Source of the DNA: Octopus vulgaris
Lineage: Eukaryota
DNA: 64,000 nucleotides
Assembly: GCA_951406725.2 (NCBI GenBank)
Contig: OX597819.1
Location: forward strand, 82,026,001-82,090,000
Direction: 5' to 3'
Below are positions 51,032-64,000 of the stretch, piece by piece. Position 1 is the first letter of the stretch. Each line of letters begins with the position of its first letter. The position numbers were made by a program, and so were the translations under genes. Below the pieces are notes generated by a model that was given only the letters and a program-made list of their open reading frames with translations, did no database searches and was not told the DNA's origin.

Positions 51032-53218
51032 CTGTAAAATGTAAATATTCCCATTAGAAATGTAGGACAGAGTAGTATAATCAATGAAATATTCATCAAA
51101 CCCCAAAATTTTATATATAGCTTACCAGTAGTAAAGTCAAATATAAGCAGCATATAAAGACTGATATTTCAAAGGTAACTAAATTACTGTGTTACAATTA
51201 TTTCAATATTCTTACTATACACACAGACATCAGAAGCTGCAAGTAGTGTGTAACAACATAAAAAGAATGATAAAGAGGGTGTTTCTACTCACTACAGATA
51301 CCAAAGCATCGTAGCATATATCTGTGTGTGTGTGTGTGTGTATGTGTGTGTGTGTATGTGTGTGTGTATGTGTCAGTGTCTGTCTGGCTGTCCTGGATGG
51401 CCATTTTAATTACTATCAACAATAAATGCAATCTAAAAGAAAGTTCTCAGATTCATTGCACTCGATGAAGTGGAGGTATCTAAAATATTGACATCAAGAG
51501 TTTCTATAAAAGAAAGCATATTGATGCAGTATACTGCTAAAGAAATACAAGCTAAATACAATATACAGCTTGTCAGAGACATGCTACCAAAAAGCTTGTC
51601 AGGAATGTATTGTTTCTTGTAATTTTCTTCTGCTCGTAATGATTATGAATGAGGAAGAAGTACCGGGAACAATATATTCATAACTGTTTGATATTTGATC
51701 TAAAATTTACAAACAGACTTCGGTACCCATCCATCATCATCTGGAATAATCTTAATAAAATACAGGAATTCAAAAATATTTTCTGAGGTCGTTGTTGTTC
51801 CAATAGAAGTTAAAATTGCAATTCTTGTTGAATTTACAGGATAACTTGAACTCAAATTGATTTGAAGCTTCAAGCAGATTCTGAAGAGGCACTGGTGATG
51901 TGGACAATGCCTCGAATAAGCTTTGTAGAAATATTTGCATTCCATTTATAATCTGGTTCCACAACGAAAGTGCTACTTCAATTGAACCGTTGTTTCTGGG
52001 TATCTGATACCTCGAAATTGTATGAATCATTTATTGACTTATTGCACTTCACAAAATTATAGTGTTCGATTACATTATTATTCACGAATTCATGTTTTTG
52101 TAAAAAGACAGAAATCAGAATTTCCTAGACAAAAACAAAGGGCGCAATCTTGAGATTAAAAAAAACAACCTATTTTGTTTATTGTGAATTTTGTATGTGC
52201 ATCAAATGGCAACAGCTCGTTATATTCTGCTCATAGAATAAATATGCTACAAATGAAACAAAAACTAATTAATGGAAAGAAAAAAAGAAAATTACATTGA
52301 AATATCGAGAAAGATGTCGGAATGTATTTTGAGTGAGAAATTTTAAAACTTTGAATTTAAATAAACCACTAAAGACCATTATTGCATTTTCTTGTTGAAC
52401 TACTTTAAATATTAGGTGTGTGTATGCACTATTTCATTTTATTTATTCTTTTAGCTAGTTTCAAACAGTGGACAGTGGTCATACTGGAGCAGTACCATCA
52501 ATGAAGGTTGTAAAAAATAAGAACAAAAAAAACACGCTAGCTGATGATAATGGGGTGACGTTGTGGCCTGATATGTCAATGTAATTTGATTGAAGTAGAA
52601 TATCTCTAAGGATGGCCATTTTGTTATCTGTGTCGCTCAGATTATTATACAGTTTAATTGCCTGTCACGTATGCCTGGCAATTGAACGAGACACGAAGGG
52701 CGTCTAACTTATGTTGAAATGTTATGAAAGTGTGTTAATGTTAAATATTTGAATAATTAATGCGTTGTAATGAAATTCATTGATTCAATCAAGCTATCAC
52801 TGTTACTGCATCCATTAGAAAGATTAACTATAGAATGGAAAAAATGAAATATTCATTGTTTTAGGACTGAGAATTTACCTAAGACGTTAATAACCGTTCA
52901 TTGACAAAAAGAAACATCGACTAGGAAACATTAAGGCTAATCTCACCATTAATTAAACACGCGACTGTGAAATATGTCATTCTGAATGTAAAAGATGGCA
53001 GAGGGCGTGCTAAAAGCAAAAAATGTGTTTTAGTAGTAAGTCAATTTGTCAGATAAATGTTACTCACTGACAAAATGCCTTATCATCTGATAAAGCATTA
53101 ATAAACGAGTAGAATGCGTGTTCTGTAACTACAGTACACACCGATGAAATCTTTTAATATTTGATTTCACATGTGGCTAGTGACCTACGGGATTATGTGA
53201 CTTTCATTCTTTTCTTAA

Positions 53219-53310
53219 ATGTGGCTGCACGGTAAGAAGTTTGCTTCCCTACCATACGGTTCCGGGTTCCGTCCAGAACCATGTGCTTGTGTGTGTGTAT
53301 GTTCGTATGT

Positions 53311-53361
<51 letters not shown>

Positions 53362-53570
53362 TGTGTGTGTGTGTCCTTCCACCACTTGACGGCCAATGTT
53401 TGTCTGTTTAGGTTCCCGTTTCTTAGCAGTTCGGGAAAAGGTTCATATAGAATAAGTATTAGTCTTTAAAAATGATAATAAATAAATCTAGAAGTCGATT
53501 TGTTCAACTAAAACCGTTCAAGACGGTACTCCAGCATGGCTGCAGTCAAATGACAGAAATGAGTAAAGGA
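53219..53570 (+). mobile_element. Family B SINE with internal deletion
   Basis: gtggctgcacggtaagaagtttgcttccc...(GT)n...gtcgatttgttcaactaaa...ccagcatggctgcagtcaaatgac. Confidence 0.85.
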
Positions 53571-54399
53571 TATCAATGTTGTATATGAAGGGCAATGGCT
53601 ACAACAAAGTGGATCAAATGTGTGTTGTGTCCAGTGAAATTACTTCTTGGTGCCGGAGCTCACCTTGAAATACAATGAATAATAATACTGATTTCTAATG
53701 TAAACATACGACCATGATTTTATAAGAGCTGAAATAAGATTTTAATTCACAAAGTTTTAACAGAAACTCAAACGAACCAGTGAGGGAGCCTCTTACACTG
53801 ATGATAGCCCTAATATAAACAGCTGACATGCTTTCATTAATTTACATCCACTCGTCTTAAAAAAATGAACCTCGCATCCTATAATCCTAGATATGCAATG
53901 TCTGGAGGGGGAAATGACGTTTTTACTTGCTGGAATATTCTTAACCGTAGTTTTAATTTGTTAGAGCTGAGCTGGGGTTGAAAACACAGCAGTAGCAGAA
54001 TTGGCAGCTACAAGAATAACAACAAAATCATGTGAAAAGAAATGGCTCCAGCTCCAATTAAACTCCATAAATGACTGAAACATCATAGGAATATTTTCTT
54101 TGCCATGCATTTTATATTTCTCTTGAAATAAGCATTATGCTTGAGACGTTCATTAATAGCATTTAAATTTTGGGGTGGTGGGTTGTGTAATAGATACTGA
54201 AAGGAATATGTGAATATATATATGTATATATACGTGTGTCTGTGGGGTGGGGAGAGAGATAACAAAAGCAGTCATAACTATACTCTTAAACGTGCACAAC
54301 TGAATGCATGTATATATGTATATACATAATTGAAAAGGTTGGAGTCAACAAGGAGTACGGTTGGAATTTATATATATATACTAAGAACCAACCAAACGA

Positions 54400-54630
54400 A
54401 GACTCCCTTCGGTCATGAATGACCATGAGATTGTACCTAGAAAGTTACCCTCCAAAGCACGAGTCAAGGCAAGGTTGTAAATGGAAAGCCAGCAGTCGCA
54501 TATGCATATCAGCCTTCCCTCTCCACGACACTGATGTTATTCAAGGGAAAGGTAAAGGCTGATATAATTTGGCACCAGTGATGTCACAACTCATTTCTAC
54601 AGCTGAGTGAACTGGAGCAACATGAAATAG
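54400..54630 (-). mobile_element. SINE 3' part (CORE-adjacent body plus LINE-like tail)
   Basis: cccttcggtcatgaatgaccatg...agctgagtgaactggagcaac; recognised as a cephalopod SINE tail from recall only. Confidence 0.55.
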
Positions 54631-54849
54631 CTTCTTACTCATATACACACAGACACACATATATATGTGTGTATATATAATATAATATAATATTATATAT
54701 ATATAGATAGATAGATATATAGATATATGTATATATGCATAAATGTGTGTGTGTGCGCATATGTAAGTGTGTGCGCGTACTTATGCATGCTCGTATAAAT
54801 GTATGTTCGTGTACGTGTGTATGGATACAAATATAGTTATGGTACTCTC

Positions 54850-55131
54850 TTGAGTCCAAGAAAGGAAGTTTTGCAATATTTCTTGCAGGACAGCCTGTAC
54901 AGATGATTCGTTTATAGTGATCAAATGTTCGTATTGCACATTAGAACACTCCTTGTAATTAAATTGACGTTAGCTGCACAGGTTAACACTGCCACACATC
55001 AAATGCCGAAGTAATCGCCGAGCAATATGAAATGAAGTGGTTTGTTCAAGAATACAACGCACTTGGTTTGGAAATCGAACTCACGATCTCGTGATGGTGA
55101 GTGAAACACCCTAGCCAATGGGCTGCGCTCC
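54850..55131 (-). mobile_element. Old family C-related SINE
   Basis: gaaatcgaactcacgatc...caccctagccaatgggctgcgctcc is the reverse complement of a tRNA head with A/B boxes. Confidence 0.7.
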
Positions 55132-55650
55132 CTCATATGTAAATATGTAGTTACCCACGTACATGTATGCGCTTGTGGATAATTTCTAAATACATTGATA
55201 TAATCATATTCAATAAACATGTATTGACCCTTTTATACATACAGACTTTGTGGTTAAACCACAAGACTTACCGAACAACAAAATGAAGATTAACTCCACT
55301 AGTTTCGATTTGCCATTACCAGCATATCGAGTGTGTTAGTATTTATGTGGTAACATCGTAGTTTCGTCTTGGTATATGTAAAGATGTATATATAAGAAGG
55401 TAAAGCAAATATGGGTGAGAGACATATCTTGCAAAACCTGAAACCTGCAGGTACCACATTATCCATTTTCCGGGTGTTTCATCTTTCAGATGTTCTCCCT
55501 GGAGGTAAGACGGTTTTTTTCTCTATTTTGTTGCACACACGCATTTTTACTAATACATACGCGGTGAAGCTACACTTTAGCGTCGTATTTTTACGTTCGC
55601 TATTTCCAGTAAATATCGGTACTTAGTTGTGCCATTTATTTACTAATTTG

Positions 55651-55732
<82 letters not shown>

Positions 55733-55737
<5 letters not shown>

Positions 55738-56165
55738 AACAGCTAGGCGCAACTAATACCATAAAGGAAAGCTTTAATCATCACTAAGTATGAGTAAGAG
55801 TGATGAAGCACCTACATTGCTAGAGATATGTTAAAATATCTTAATGCTGTTTGAAGAGCGCAATATATATACACTGACGCGAGATGTAATCGTCCTCTGA
55901 TCGTCTCTATAATCACTAGACTAGGCCTAGTCTCGCCTTTTCTCTGTGCGTTGTCATTAGTGACTACTCAAGAGATCGATGGTTTCGATAATTCCGTTTG
56001 GCAGTATATATAGCTTTACCACAAAAGGTTATGTTGATTTAGCGAAATGCTAATGCGTATATTAAAAATTAATATAAACAGCTAGGCGCAATGTAATACC
56101 ATAAAGGAAAAGCTTAATCAGGTGATTAATGGTGCCGAAGAACCTACATTGCTAGAAATATATGT
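55733..56165 (-). mobile_element. 339-bp terminally redundant unit next to (TA)n, with hammerhead-like relic
   Basis: tataaacagctaggcgcaa..taataccataaaggaaa...cctacattgctaga repeated with period 339. Confidence 0.55.
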
Positions 56166-56345
56166 CAACTTGTTACTAGTCCGAAGATGCTTGAGACATT
56201 TTCCAACCTTTAAGTAAGCCATTCACTGCATTTTGTCACACAGAAAAATTCCTGCTCTAGACACATCAAGTCAGTCTGGGGCGCTCTCTACTCAGATCGA
56301 TACATGCATGCATTTCGGAGTAGCTATCTGCCCCTCCGCACCGAA

Positions 56346-56432
<87 letters not shown>

Positions 56433-56557
56433 TTATCTATCTATCTATCTGTGTGTGTGCATATATATATATATATAGCTACACAAACATATATGTGAAC
56501 ACGAGTGTATGTGTAGGTGGGTGTGGGTGTGCGCGCGCGCGTGTCTGTATGTGTGCC

Positions 56558-56596
<39 letters not shown>

Positions 56597-57787
56597 CTGT
56601 GTGACAGAGAACATCTAGCGTTATGGAAACATTGAGTTCCTGAAAATATTATCATAGCTTGAAATATTGTCTCATGAAACTTATTTGACCATGTTCAAAG
56701 TGTTCAAACGCAATTGCTGGAGGGTGGGAAAACAAAACAATGCAACTACTTACATGTAAACAATTAAATTTTTAGTTATAGTCTGTAGAGTATGTATACA
56801 TAAAAAGCTTAAAAGAAAAGTGCATTAGGGAATAAAAATAAATACTGTAGTATGATAGTACTTTGAGATCTCATTACATAAGATGTTGGCTACTGTGTGT
56901 TGGCAGGTGGTCCAATAGGAGTTAGCGGAAATAAGAATGGTACTGTCTCCTACCTATTAGATTATCAGTATCACCACCTGGTTGTGAAGTGAGAATCCTT
57001 CCAAAACTTGGTTGATCTCTTTGTACATCTCAGTATAGCAACTGAGCTCATAATGAACTCTTCTTGTTATTTTTGTGCTACTTTTGCTCCAACACTTTGG
57101 TTACCTTCCTTGAAGTTAAATTTTGTAGAATGAGAGGAGCACTATATCATATTTCCATTCAACTTGTTCTTGTTTAAATATCTTCATCTTCTCATCAGAC
57201 AAACTCAATAAACTTTGAGAATTTAGTAACTCTGCTACATCATACACAAATTCTTCAAAATCTACCATTTATCAATGTTATATTGTTTTTCTGAACTTGA
57301 TGTAGAATTTCTGCATGCTAAAACTCGTAAAAGCATGGATATAGTCTGGCCGTATATTTTCCCCAGAAATCATTCTTAGCTAAATGATTTACCTTATCGC
57401 ATAACTCGCTTATGTTATGTATAAAATCCATAATGTTGAACATTTGCGCAGGAGACAATAATTCTAAGTTTCTCAACCCCATCAACACCTTTTATGGGTT
57501 GTTTTAAAATTTCCAGAGAATATTTTTTTAAGTTAAACTATCTCACGTCAACCCATTGGTTGAAATAAAGAATATGTGTTCTAAGTGACATATTCCAATC
57601 TCACACTAACAAAAATATTTACTGTATGACTTGATACATTGTATAAAATGAGAGATGGTTTGTTGGAAATATTATGCCTGGTTTTGTACGTTTCTACATC
57701 AAAGCAAAAATATCATATAAACTAGTTTTGAAATGGTTCGTCATCGTGCTAGCTTTCTTTGTTAGAAGCAAAAACATTTGTAGATTT

Positions 57788-58014
57788 AAAAATACAGAAA
57801 TAATTTATTCTCAAACGCATGATAATGCTAATATAATAGCATGAACAGGATAAACTATCCATATAAACTATCCATATATTACAAAAAAATTCGTTACCAG
57901 CCAGCCATGGTTGGCTGGTAACGAATTTTTCTGCAATATATGGATAGTTTATCTTGTTCATGCTATTGTATTAGCAAAGCCATGCGTTTGAGAATAAATT
58001 ATTTCTGTATTTTT
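57788..58014. mobile_element. Palindromic MITE-like element (~227 bp)
   Basis: Arms aaaaatacagaaataatttattctcaaacgcatg...ttcgttaccagcca mirrored around CATG at ~57906-57909. Confidence 0.85.
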
Positions 58015-58449
58015 CAAAACATCTTAACACTTCTAAAGCAAACTTTGTTTACTTTCATCGTAAGTTGAATTTATTTGTAGATTAAACTTAGAAAAGCTCT
58101 TTTGAGACGTTATACTTTCAGAGCTTTAATTCTATATCGTAAGAATTCCTTCCCACAAGAAGCAACAAACATATTTTGGAAGTTTAAAAACGCAGTGTTG
58201 CTTTTCATTCCTAACAATATAACTATTTCCAGTAAACTTGAATAGGTGTAACTCATTATTCTGTAGGTGTTTCTGGCAAAATACAGTAGCACCGTTAAAG
58301 GAACAAAATCATAGAATCCAAGAAAAGTAGTGATACTTGTGTGTAGACAAAATTGGTGGCCTTATGGAAATTAATAGCAACAATGGAAACCAAAAAGGAA
58401 AAGGGATGGAGGAAGGATGTTGAATGAATAATAAACTCTGCTGCTGCTG

Positions 58450-58504
<55 letters not shown>

Positions 58505-58572
58505 ACGCACGTACATATATACATGTATCTACGTATATACATATACATACATATGTATATATATATATATAT

Positions 58573-58626
<54 letters not shown>

Positions 58627-58950
58627 CTATGTGTGTGTGTGGACATTAGGCTATTTCCATTGTTTGGCATATTTTAACTTCTAAATACAAATTACACTGC
58701 AGTTTACCGTGGAAAGGAAATTCTTGTAAAAACGTGTAAATTCACCCTAATCAACTCTGTAGAACCCTCAGTCGGGTACCTAGTAGACGTGTTTCTCGTT
58801 CGTAGGAGATTTAGATGAAATATAACTCTGAACTGATTAAAAATCCATAGCTTTATAATAAAACAGTCAATACTAGTTACTGACTTGCGCTTGCAGACCG
58901 CCAAAGACTCATTTAGGAGTTCGAGAGGGGGAGAGAGAGAGGGAGAGAGA

Positions 58951-58987
<37 letters not shown>

Positions 58988-59163
58988 GGGGAGACTAAGC
59001 TGATAAGGATGCTTTTACACCTCTCACCATAAGCGAAAATCATCCTCCACGGTAAACTACAATTAAATTGCCTTTAAAACTTGGAATATATCATAAACGT
59101 ATTTGAACTTAGCTAAAGTTCGACTATTTCTCATTACTGATTAGCGCGACTACTGCTGCATAT

Positions 59164-59468
59164 ATATATGGCAAATGAAAGACAGAAGCTGAAATATACG
59201 AGAATTTATTATGAATCACGACAATTGTTTCGACACATCTAGCATCGATTCATGTGTGGAACACTCAAGAACTGGTTCAGGGGCATCTGGCGGTGCAGAT
59301 GTATCTCGTCGAGTTATTTTATTTATCACTCGACAAGATAAATCTGCACCGCCGGATGTTCCTGAACCAGTTGTTGAGTGTCCCACACATGAATCGATGC
59401 TAGATGTGTCGAAATAATTGTTGTGATTAACAATAAATTCTCGTGTATTCCATCTTCCATCTGGCATA

Positions 59469-59470
<2 letters not shown>
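59164..59470. mobile_element. Palindromic MITE-like element (~300 bp) in a TA-rich site
   Basis: ttcgacacatctagcatcgattcatgtgtgg.acactcaa.aactggttcagg...gtcgagt is mirrored; ORFs on the two strands give nearly the same peptide. Confidence 0.9.
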
Positions 59471-59536
<66 letters not shown>

Positions 59537-59699
59537 AACACACATATATGTACATATATATATGCACATATACATATACACACACGCATAAGGGCATATA
59601 AATAAATAAATAAATATATATATAAATATAGCTAGCTAGATAGATAGATACATACATACATACATATGCATATATGTACATGTATGTATGTTATGTCAA

Positions 59700-59850
59700 G
59701 TCGCTCCCAGACGCGAGTGGTAACATGTAATCCAGTACAAACTGTTTCATGATCAGGTCGTCGACAACTAAACTGGCAACCTCATCAAGCTATTTTGGTG
59801 AGAAGGGCTATTGTTGGAGACCCTACACGACGAAAAATAAGCTCTATCAA
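59700..59850 (+). mobile_element. Possible LINE 5'-UTR fragment
   Basis: GC-richer segment (aaactggcaacctcatc...gagaagggctatt) recalled from RTE-like UTRs; unverified. Confidence 0.3.
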
Positions 59851-60374
59851 AGAGCTCGTGAGCATTCAACGTTCATCCAACAATGCGTACATGTGTATAT
59901 ATGCCTATATGAATGCACGGAGATGTGGGAATACCTGGGTTGGTGTCCAGGCGCGCGGTTGGCTCACTGGGAGTGGGAACCCCTCTGTTGTTGTCATAAC
60001 ATCTCTCTGGGAGAGAGAAACTGTGAGAGAAAATCTGCAACATAGACAATATTTGATAATGTATATTAATTCTTCTTTTCGGGTTTATTTTGCCCATGTT
60101 CAGAAAGTGCGATTGGATTTTGTGTGAATCCTTTTACCACTATGAAAGATCCTTATGCACAGGCATCGCTTGAGAAAAATAAGACCTATCGCAAAAAATT
60201 GCTGGTCGTAGTCTTCGCATGTGTGGAACTTACGATAAGGCGATGGCAATACTCGAATATGAGCCTGCAGCCATAATGTATGTATGTATATATGTATATA
60301 TATATATGTATGCATGTATGTACCCGAATGTAAAGCCATAGTTATAAATGCAGATATATTAGATAAACATGGGT

Positions 60375-60477
60375 AGAGTCGACCTCGGAGGAATTTGAAC
60401 TCAGAATGGTAAAACGGTCAGAATGTCGCTAAGCATCTTGTCCGGTGCTCCAACGATTCCGCCCGCTTGCCGCCTTA
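60375..60477 (-). mobile_element. Family A SINE head
   Basis: agtcgacctcggaggaatttgaactcagaa...aacgattccgcccgcttgccgcctt. Confidence 0.85.
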
Positions 60478-61101
60478 GACTGATAGATAATAAGATCAGT
60501 ATTACCTTATACTTTATTTCGTTGTCTTAAATTACATTCTTTTTATGGTTTTCATTCTCTTTAAAGCTTCTTATACAAGAAATGTGTTCTTGCTGTTATT
60601 GTTGTCATTATTTTTGTCTTCTTATCCATCTGTTTCATTCTTTCAGTGTCATTATTTATCTCTTTCTCTCAATCTCTCCCACTCCATACATTGTTATCTC
60701 CTTATTCTGATATTTATAACCTTATCGGTATTAAGCATCTTGTGATGCTATAGTAATTTCCATTCACCTCACCTGATAGAAAGCAAATTCTGTCTGAGAT
60801 ATAATCTGACTCTTAATGCATACGTAATTGCGATTCTAATGAGAATCATGAGGTCAGCTAATCTCAGATTTACAGAAACCCTTCCTAAAAGGAAAGAAGT
60901 ATAAGTTGCACATGACATAAAAGTCCGGCAAAATTTCCAAATAATCTCAAGTTTGTCTCAGTTCATACATTTCTTTCTATTTTTTACACACACACACGCA
61001 TACACATACACACAAACAAATATACACTCATATATATATGTGTGCGTCTGTGTGTGTAGTTGTGTAGTGTATATGTATGTATGTGTGTTTGTGCGTGTGT
61101 G

Positions 61102-61156
<55 letters not shown>

Positions 61157-61235
61157 TGTTGTTTCTATGGAGAGTCATTTTCTTTTTTAACACTCTCACC
61201 GGTAAAATTTCCACTTATTTCTTATATTTATTTTC

Positions 61236-61272
61236 CTAAAATTTTCGTTGCGTCTTGCAACCTTTTCAATAG
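61236..61272 (-). ncRNA. Minimal hammerhead-like motif with U3-A8 core
   Basis: CTA - TTGAAAA - G - GTTGC-AAGAC-GCAAC - GAA - AATT - T - TAG. Confidence 0.45.
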
Positions 61273-61508
61273 TCTTGAATGTCCGTTATTTACACTGCGT
61301 TCCTTTTTGTTCGTTTGTGCGCATGTGTGTGTGTGTGCCTAATGCATGCATGTATGTATATATGCATGTATGTGTATGTATATATGTGTGTGTATGCATA
61401 TGTATATATGTATGTATGTGTGTGCATCTGTATGTATATATCCCTCATATTCATGCGCTTACGTGTCCGTGTTTGTGCGTTTTTTATGCATGTGTGTGTG
61501 CGAGTGTG

Positions 61509-61544
<36 letters not shown>

Positions 61545-61584
61545 TATAATAGGTGAGCGTCTAGTGAATATATACCCTGTATTC

Positions 61585-61615
<31 letters not shown>

Positions 61616-61625
61616 TGTATGTATG

Positions 61626-61671
<46 letters not shown>

Positions 61672-61674
61672 TTT

Positions 61675-61803
61675 ATGGCTGTGTGGCAAGAAGTTTGCTT
61701 CCCAACAACAAGGTTCTAGCTTCAGTCTCACTAGGTGACACCTCGGGCCGGCCAAAGTATTCTGATTGCATTTGTTACGCGGAAACTGAATGAAGTCCGT
61801 CGT
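61675..61803 (+). mobile_element. Family B SINE 5' part
   Basis: atggctgtgtggcaagaagtttgcttcccaac...cctcgggccggccaaag...gaaactgaatgaagtccgtcg. Confidence 0.8.
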
Positions 61804-62357
61804 GAATAATTTAAATGAGAGACTCGACAAACTTTTACCAGGAAACGAAGATATATACAAACCTATAGACTGTAGATGAATCGGAAGTAGCTAGTTACCC
61901 GGTTGAGTTTTTAAACTCACTGCAGCCACCAGGATCTCTTCCTTATAGCTTCCCATGGAAAATAGTCATTCTAATCATGCTTCTGCGAAAGTCTCAACTA
62001 AAGCCGTGCAATGGCACAAGATTTTGTTGTGAAGAAGCTAATGAGAAATTACATACAAGCTGCAAGAATTTCTGGCTGTGGAAAAGGTGACGATGTTTTC
62101 CTTCCTCACTAACCCTTAATACCTTCCAATATGCCCTTCGAATTCAAATGACTTTAGTTTCCAATCCCCCTTCTTTTGCAATGACCATTAATAAACCCAA
62201 GGTCAGACTTTGAAAGTTGCTGATTTGCAATTAGAAGAGCACAGTTTTCTCACACGGTCATTTATATGTTGGGACATCCAGAGTGGGGAGCAAGAATAAT
62301 CTTTAAATTTTGCCCCTAGTGGTAAAACCCAAAACTTTGTCTATAAGGAAGTTTTTA
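61802..62357 (+). pseudogene. Helitron PIF1-like helicase C-terminal fragment
   Basis: [68 protein letters not shown], with stops and frameshifts. Confidence 0.93.
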
Positions 62358-62719
62358 CTATCGAATCAACAAACTAAAATGTTCAGAATGATTAATAACT
62401 TTGAATTGATATTCACACTATATTCAATAAATTATAGTACATATGGTTTTAGCTTTCCTCGAACATTTATTTGCTTATCTTGTACGAGACATACGCCAAA
62501 GTCTGTGCGATGTTTGCTTCACTTATAGACTGAGATACCATGGATCATAGATCAGATGTTTATATGCACCCATGATAATATTGGCCAGAAGAAAACAGCC
62601 ATTACTTATATATGTTCAATACAATCTAAGTGAATATATTTCGATATTCATAATACAATTTTGGCAGCTTTTTTAAACCCAGTCAATGACGAGAGTTTCT
62701 ACTTGTACAGATACATACA

Positions 62720-62775
<56 letters not shown>

Positions 62776-62942
62776 ATATTTATGTACACACACACACATA
62801 TATATATAGGATATTTACGTACACACACAGACCCACATATATACATATATATTTATTTATATATATATTTATTTATATATATATATATGTATATATATAT
62901 ACACATATATATGTAGATATACATAGTGCACACACACACAGA

Positions 62943-62992
<50 letters not shown>

Positions 62993-63124
62993 TGTGTATG
63001 TGTGTGCATGTGTGTATGTGTGTGAAAAACCCATTGATGTAACCCAAAGTTAAGGGGTCTAGGACCCCTTACATAGCCTGGAGTTTAGAGAGGGTGAATG
63101 ACAGTTTCTAGCGTGCTCATCACC

Positions 63125-63318
63125 GAGCAACCGAGGAACAAAGTCGAATAATTCAATGTATAGTTGTCACATCAACTCCAAACCGTATACCTATTGTCTT
63201 TATAGATAAACGACAATTTTCATTCAGATAATTGCGAATTTTCTCAACCAGCGGTGATATTCTGATGCTACTCTCACTGCTATCTCTCTCATCGTCTCTT
63301 AGCTCATCATAACTGTTC
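63125..63318 (-). mobile_element. Mariner transposase N-terminal (HTH) fragment
   Basis: LRDDERD....[39 protein letters not shown]. Confidence 0.7.
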
Positions 63319-63320
63319 AT

Positions 63321-63393
<73 letters not shown>

Positions 63394-64000
63394 TATACAT
63401 ACATATATATACATATATATATATACATATATATACATATATATATATGTATATATATATATATGTATGTATGTATGTATGTGTTTGTATGTGTGTGTAT
63501 GTGTGTGCAAAATGAGAGTAAGTCAGAAGGTCTATAATAGACACATTAATTCTAAGTTTAGATCAAATGCTTAAAATCTCATGTCAAACAATGGGAGAAA
63601 TCTATGCAAACAAGCGTCGGCTATAGGAAATGTAACAGTCTAGCAAATGAAAGTATTATGCAATAACCGTTGAGCAGGCTGTTTTTAATTACACCGAAGC
63701 TTTTATAAATCAGATATACTGATGTAAATATAAATATAATTATATAGAAAAACATGGAAAAGAACGTCTAACTCTCCAGATAAAAGAGAAGACAATCCAG
63801 GCAAACCTTTACAGCTGATTCAGAAGTGCGGTGATCAATATGTGCTGTAATGTGGTAGTGTGCATTGTGTATACATAAACTTGAATACCTGCAGTAAATT
63901 GGTGTTAGAAAATGTATATGAATTAACACAAATTTATTTTATACATGTCCTTCATCATTTGGTTGATTAAATTTTAGTCGAAGTTACTCAGTGTTCTTTC

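Noticed and set aside
51430-52030. Several overlapping open frames of 60-86 codons
   Set aside because: No coherent motif; could be decayed TE or UTR.

Overview
This is AT-rich, microsatellite-saturated eukaryotic DNA. The SINE families and the repeat landscape point to an Octopus (cephalopod) intron or intergenic region; this is an inference. No intact host gene can be supported, only a few weak minus-strand exon candidates. Nearly all ORFs in the track are microsatellite artefacts. The recognisable content is transposon-derived: three tRNA-derived SINE families (more than 25 copies or fragments), two R4/Dong-type LINE pieces at (AAT)n, Penelope-like (PLE) RT/GIY-YIG relics, three Helitron pieces, an IR/DR-type Tc1, three mariner fragments, two Chapaev3-type transposons, several foldback palindromes and a ~2.5-kb tandem duplication. 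The most notable unexplained signal is an apparently intact type I hammerhead ribozyme at 23853-23912. It lies inside a 468-bp non-coding, terminally redundant unit inserted in (TA)n, which looks retrozyme-like. Further hammerhead-like motifs occur elsewhere, and two of them carry the compensatory U3-A8 core variant.
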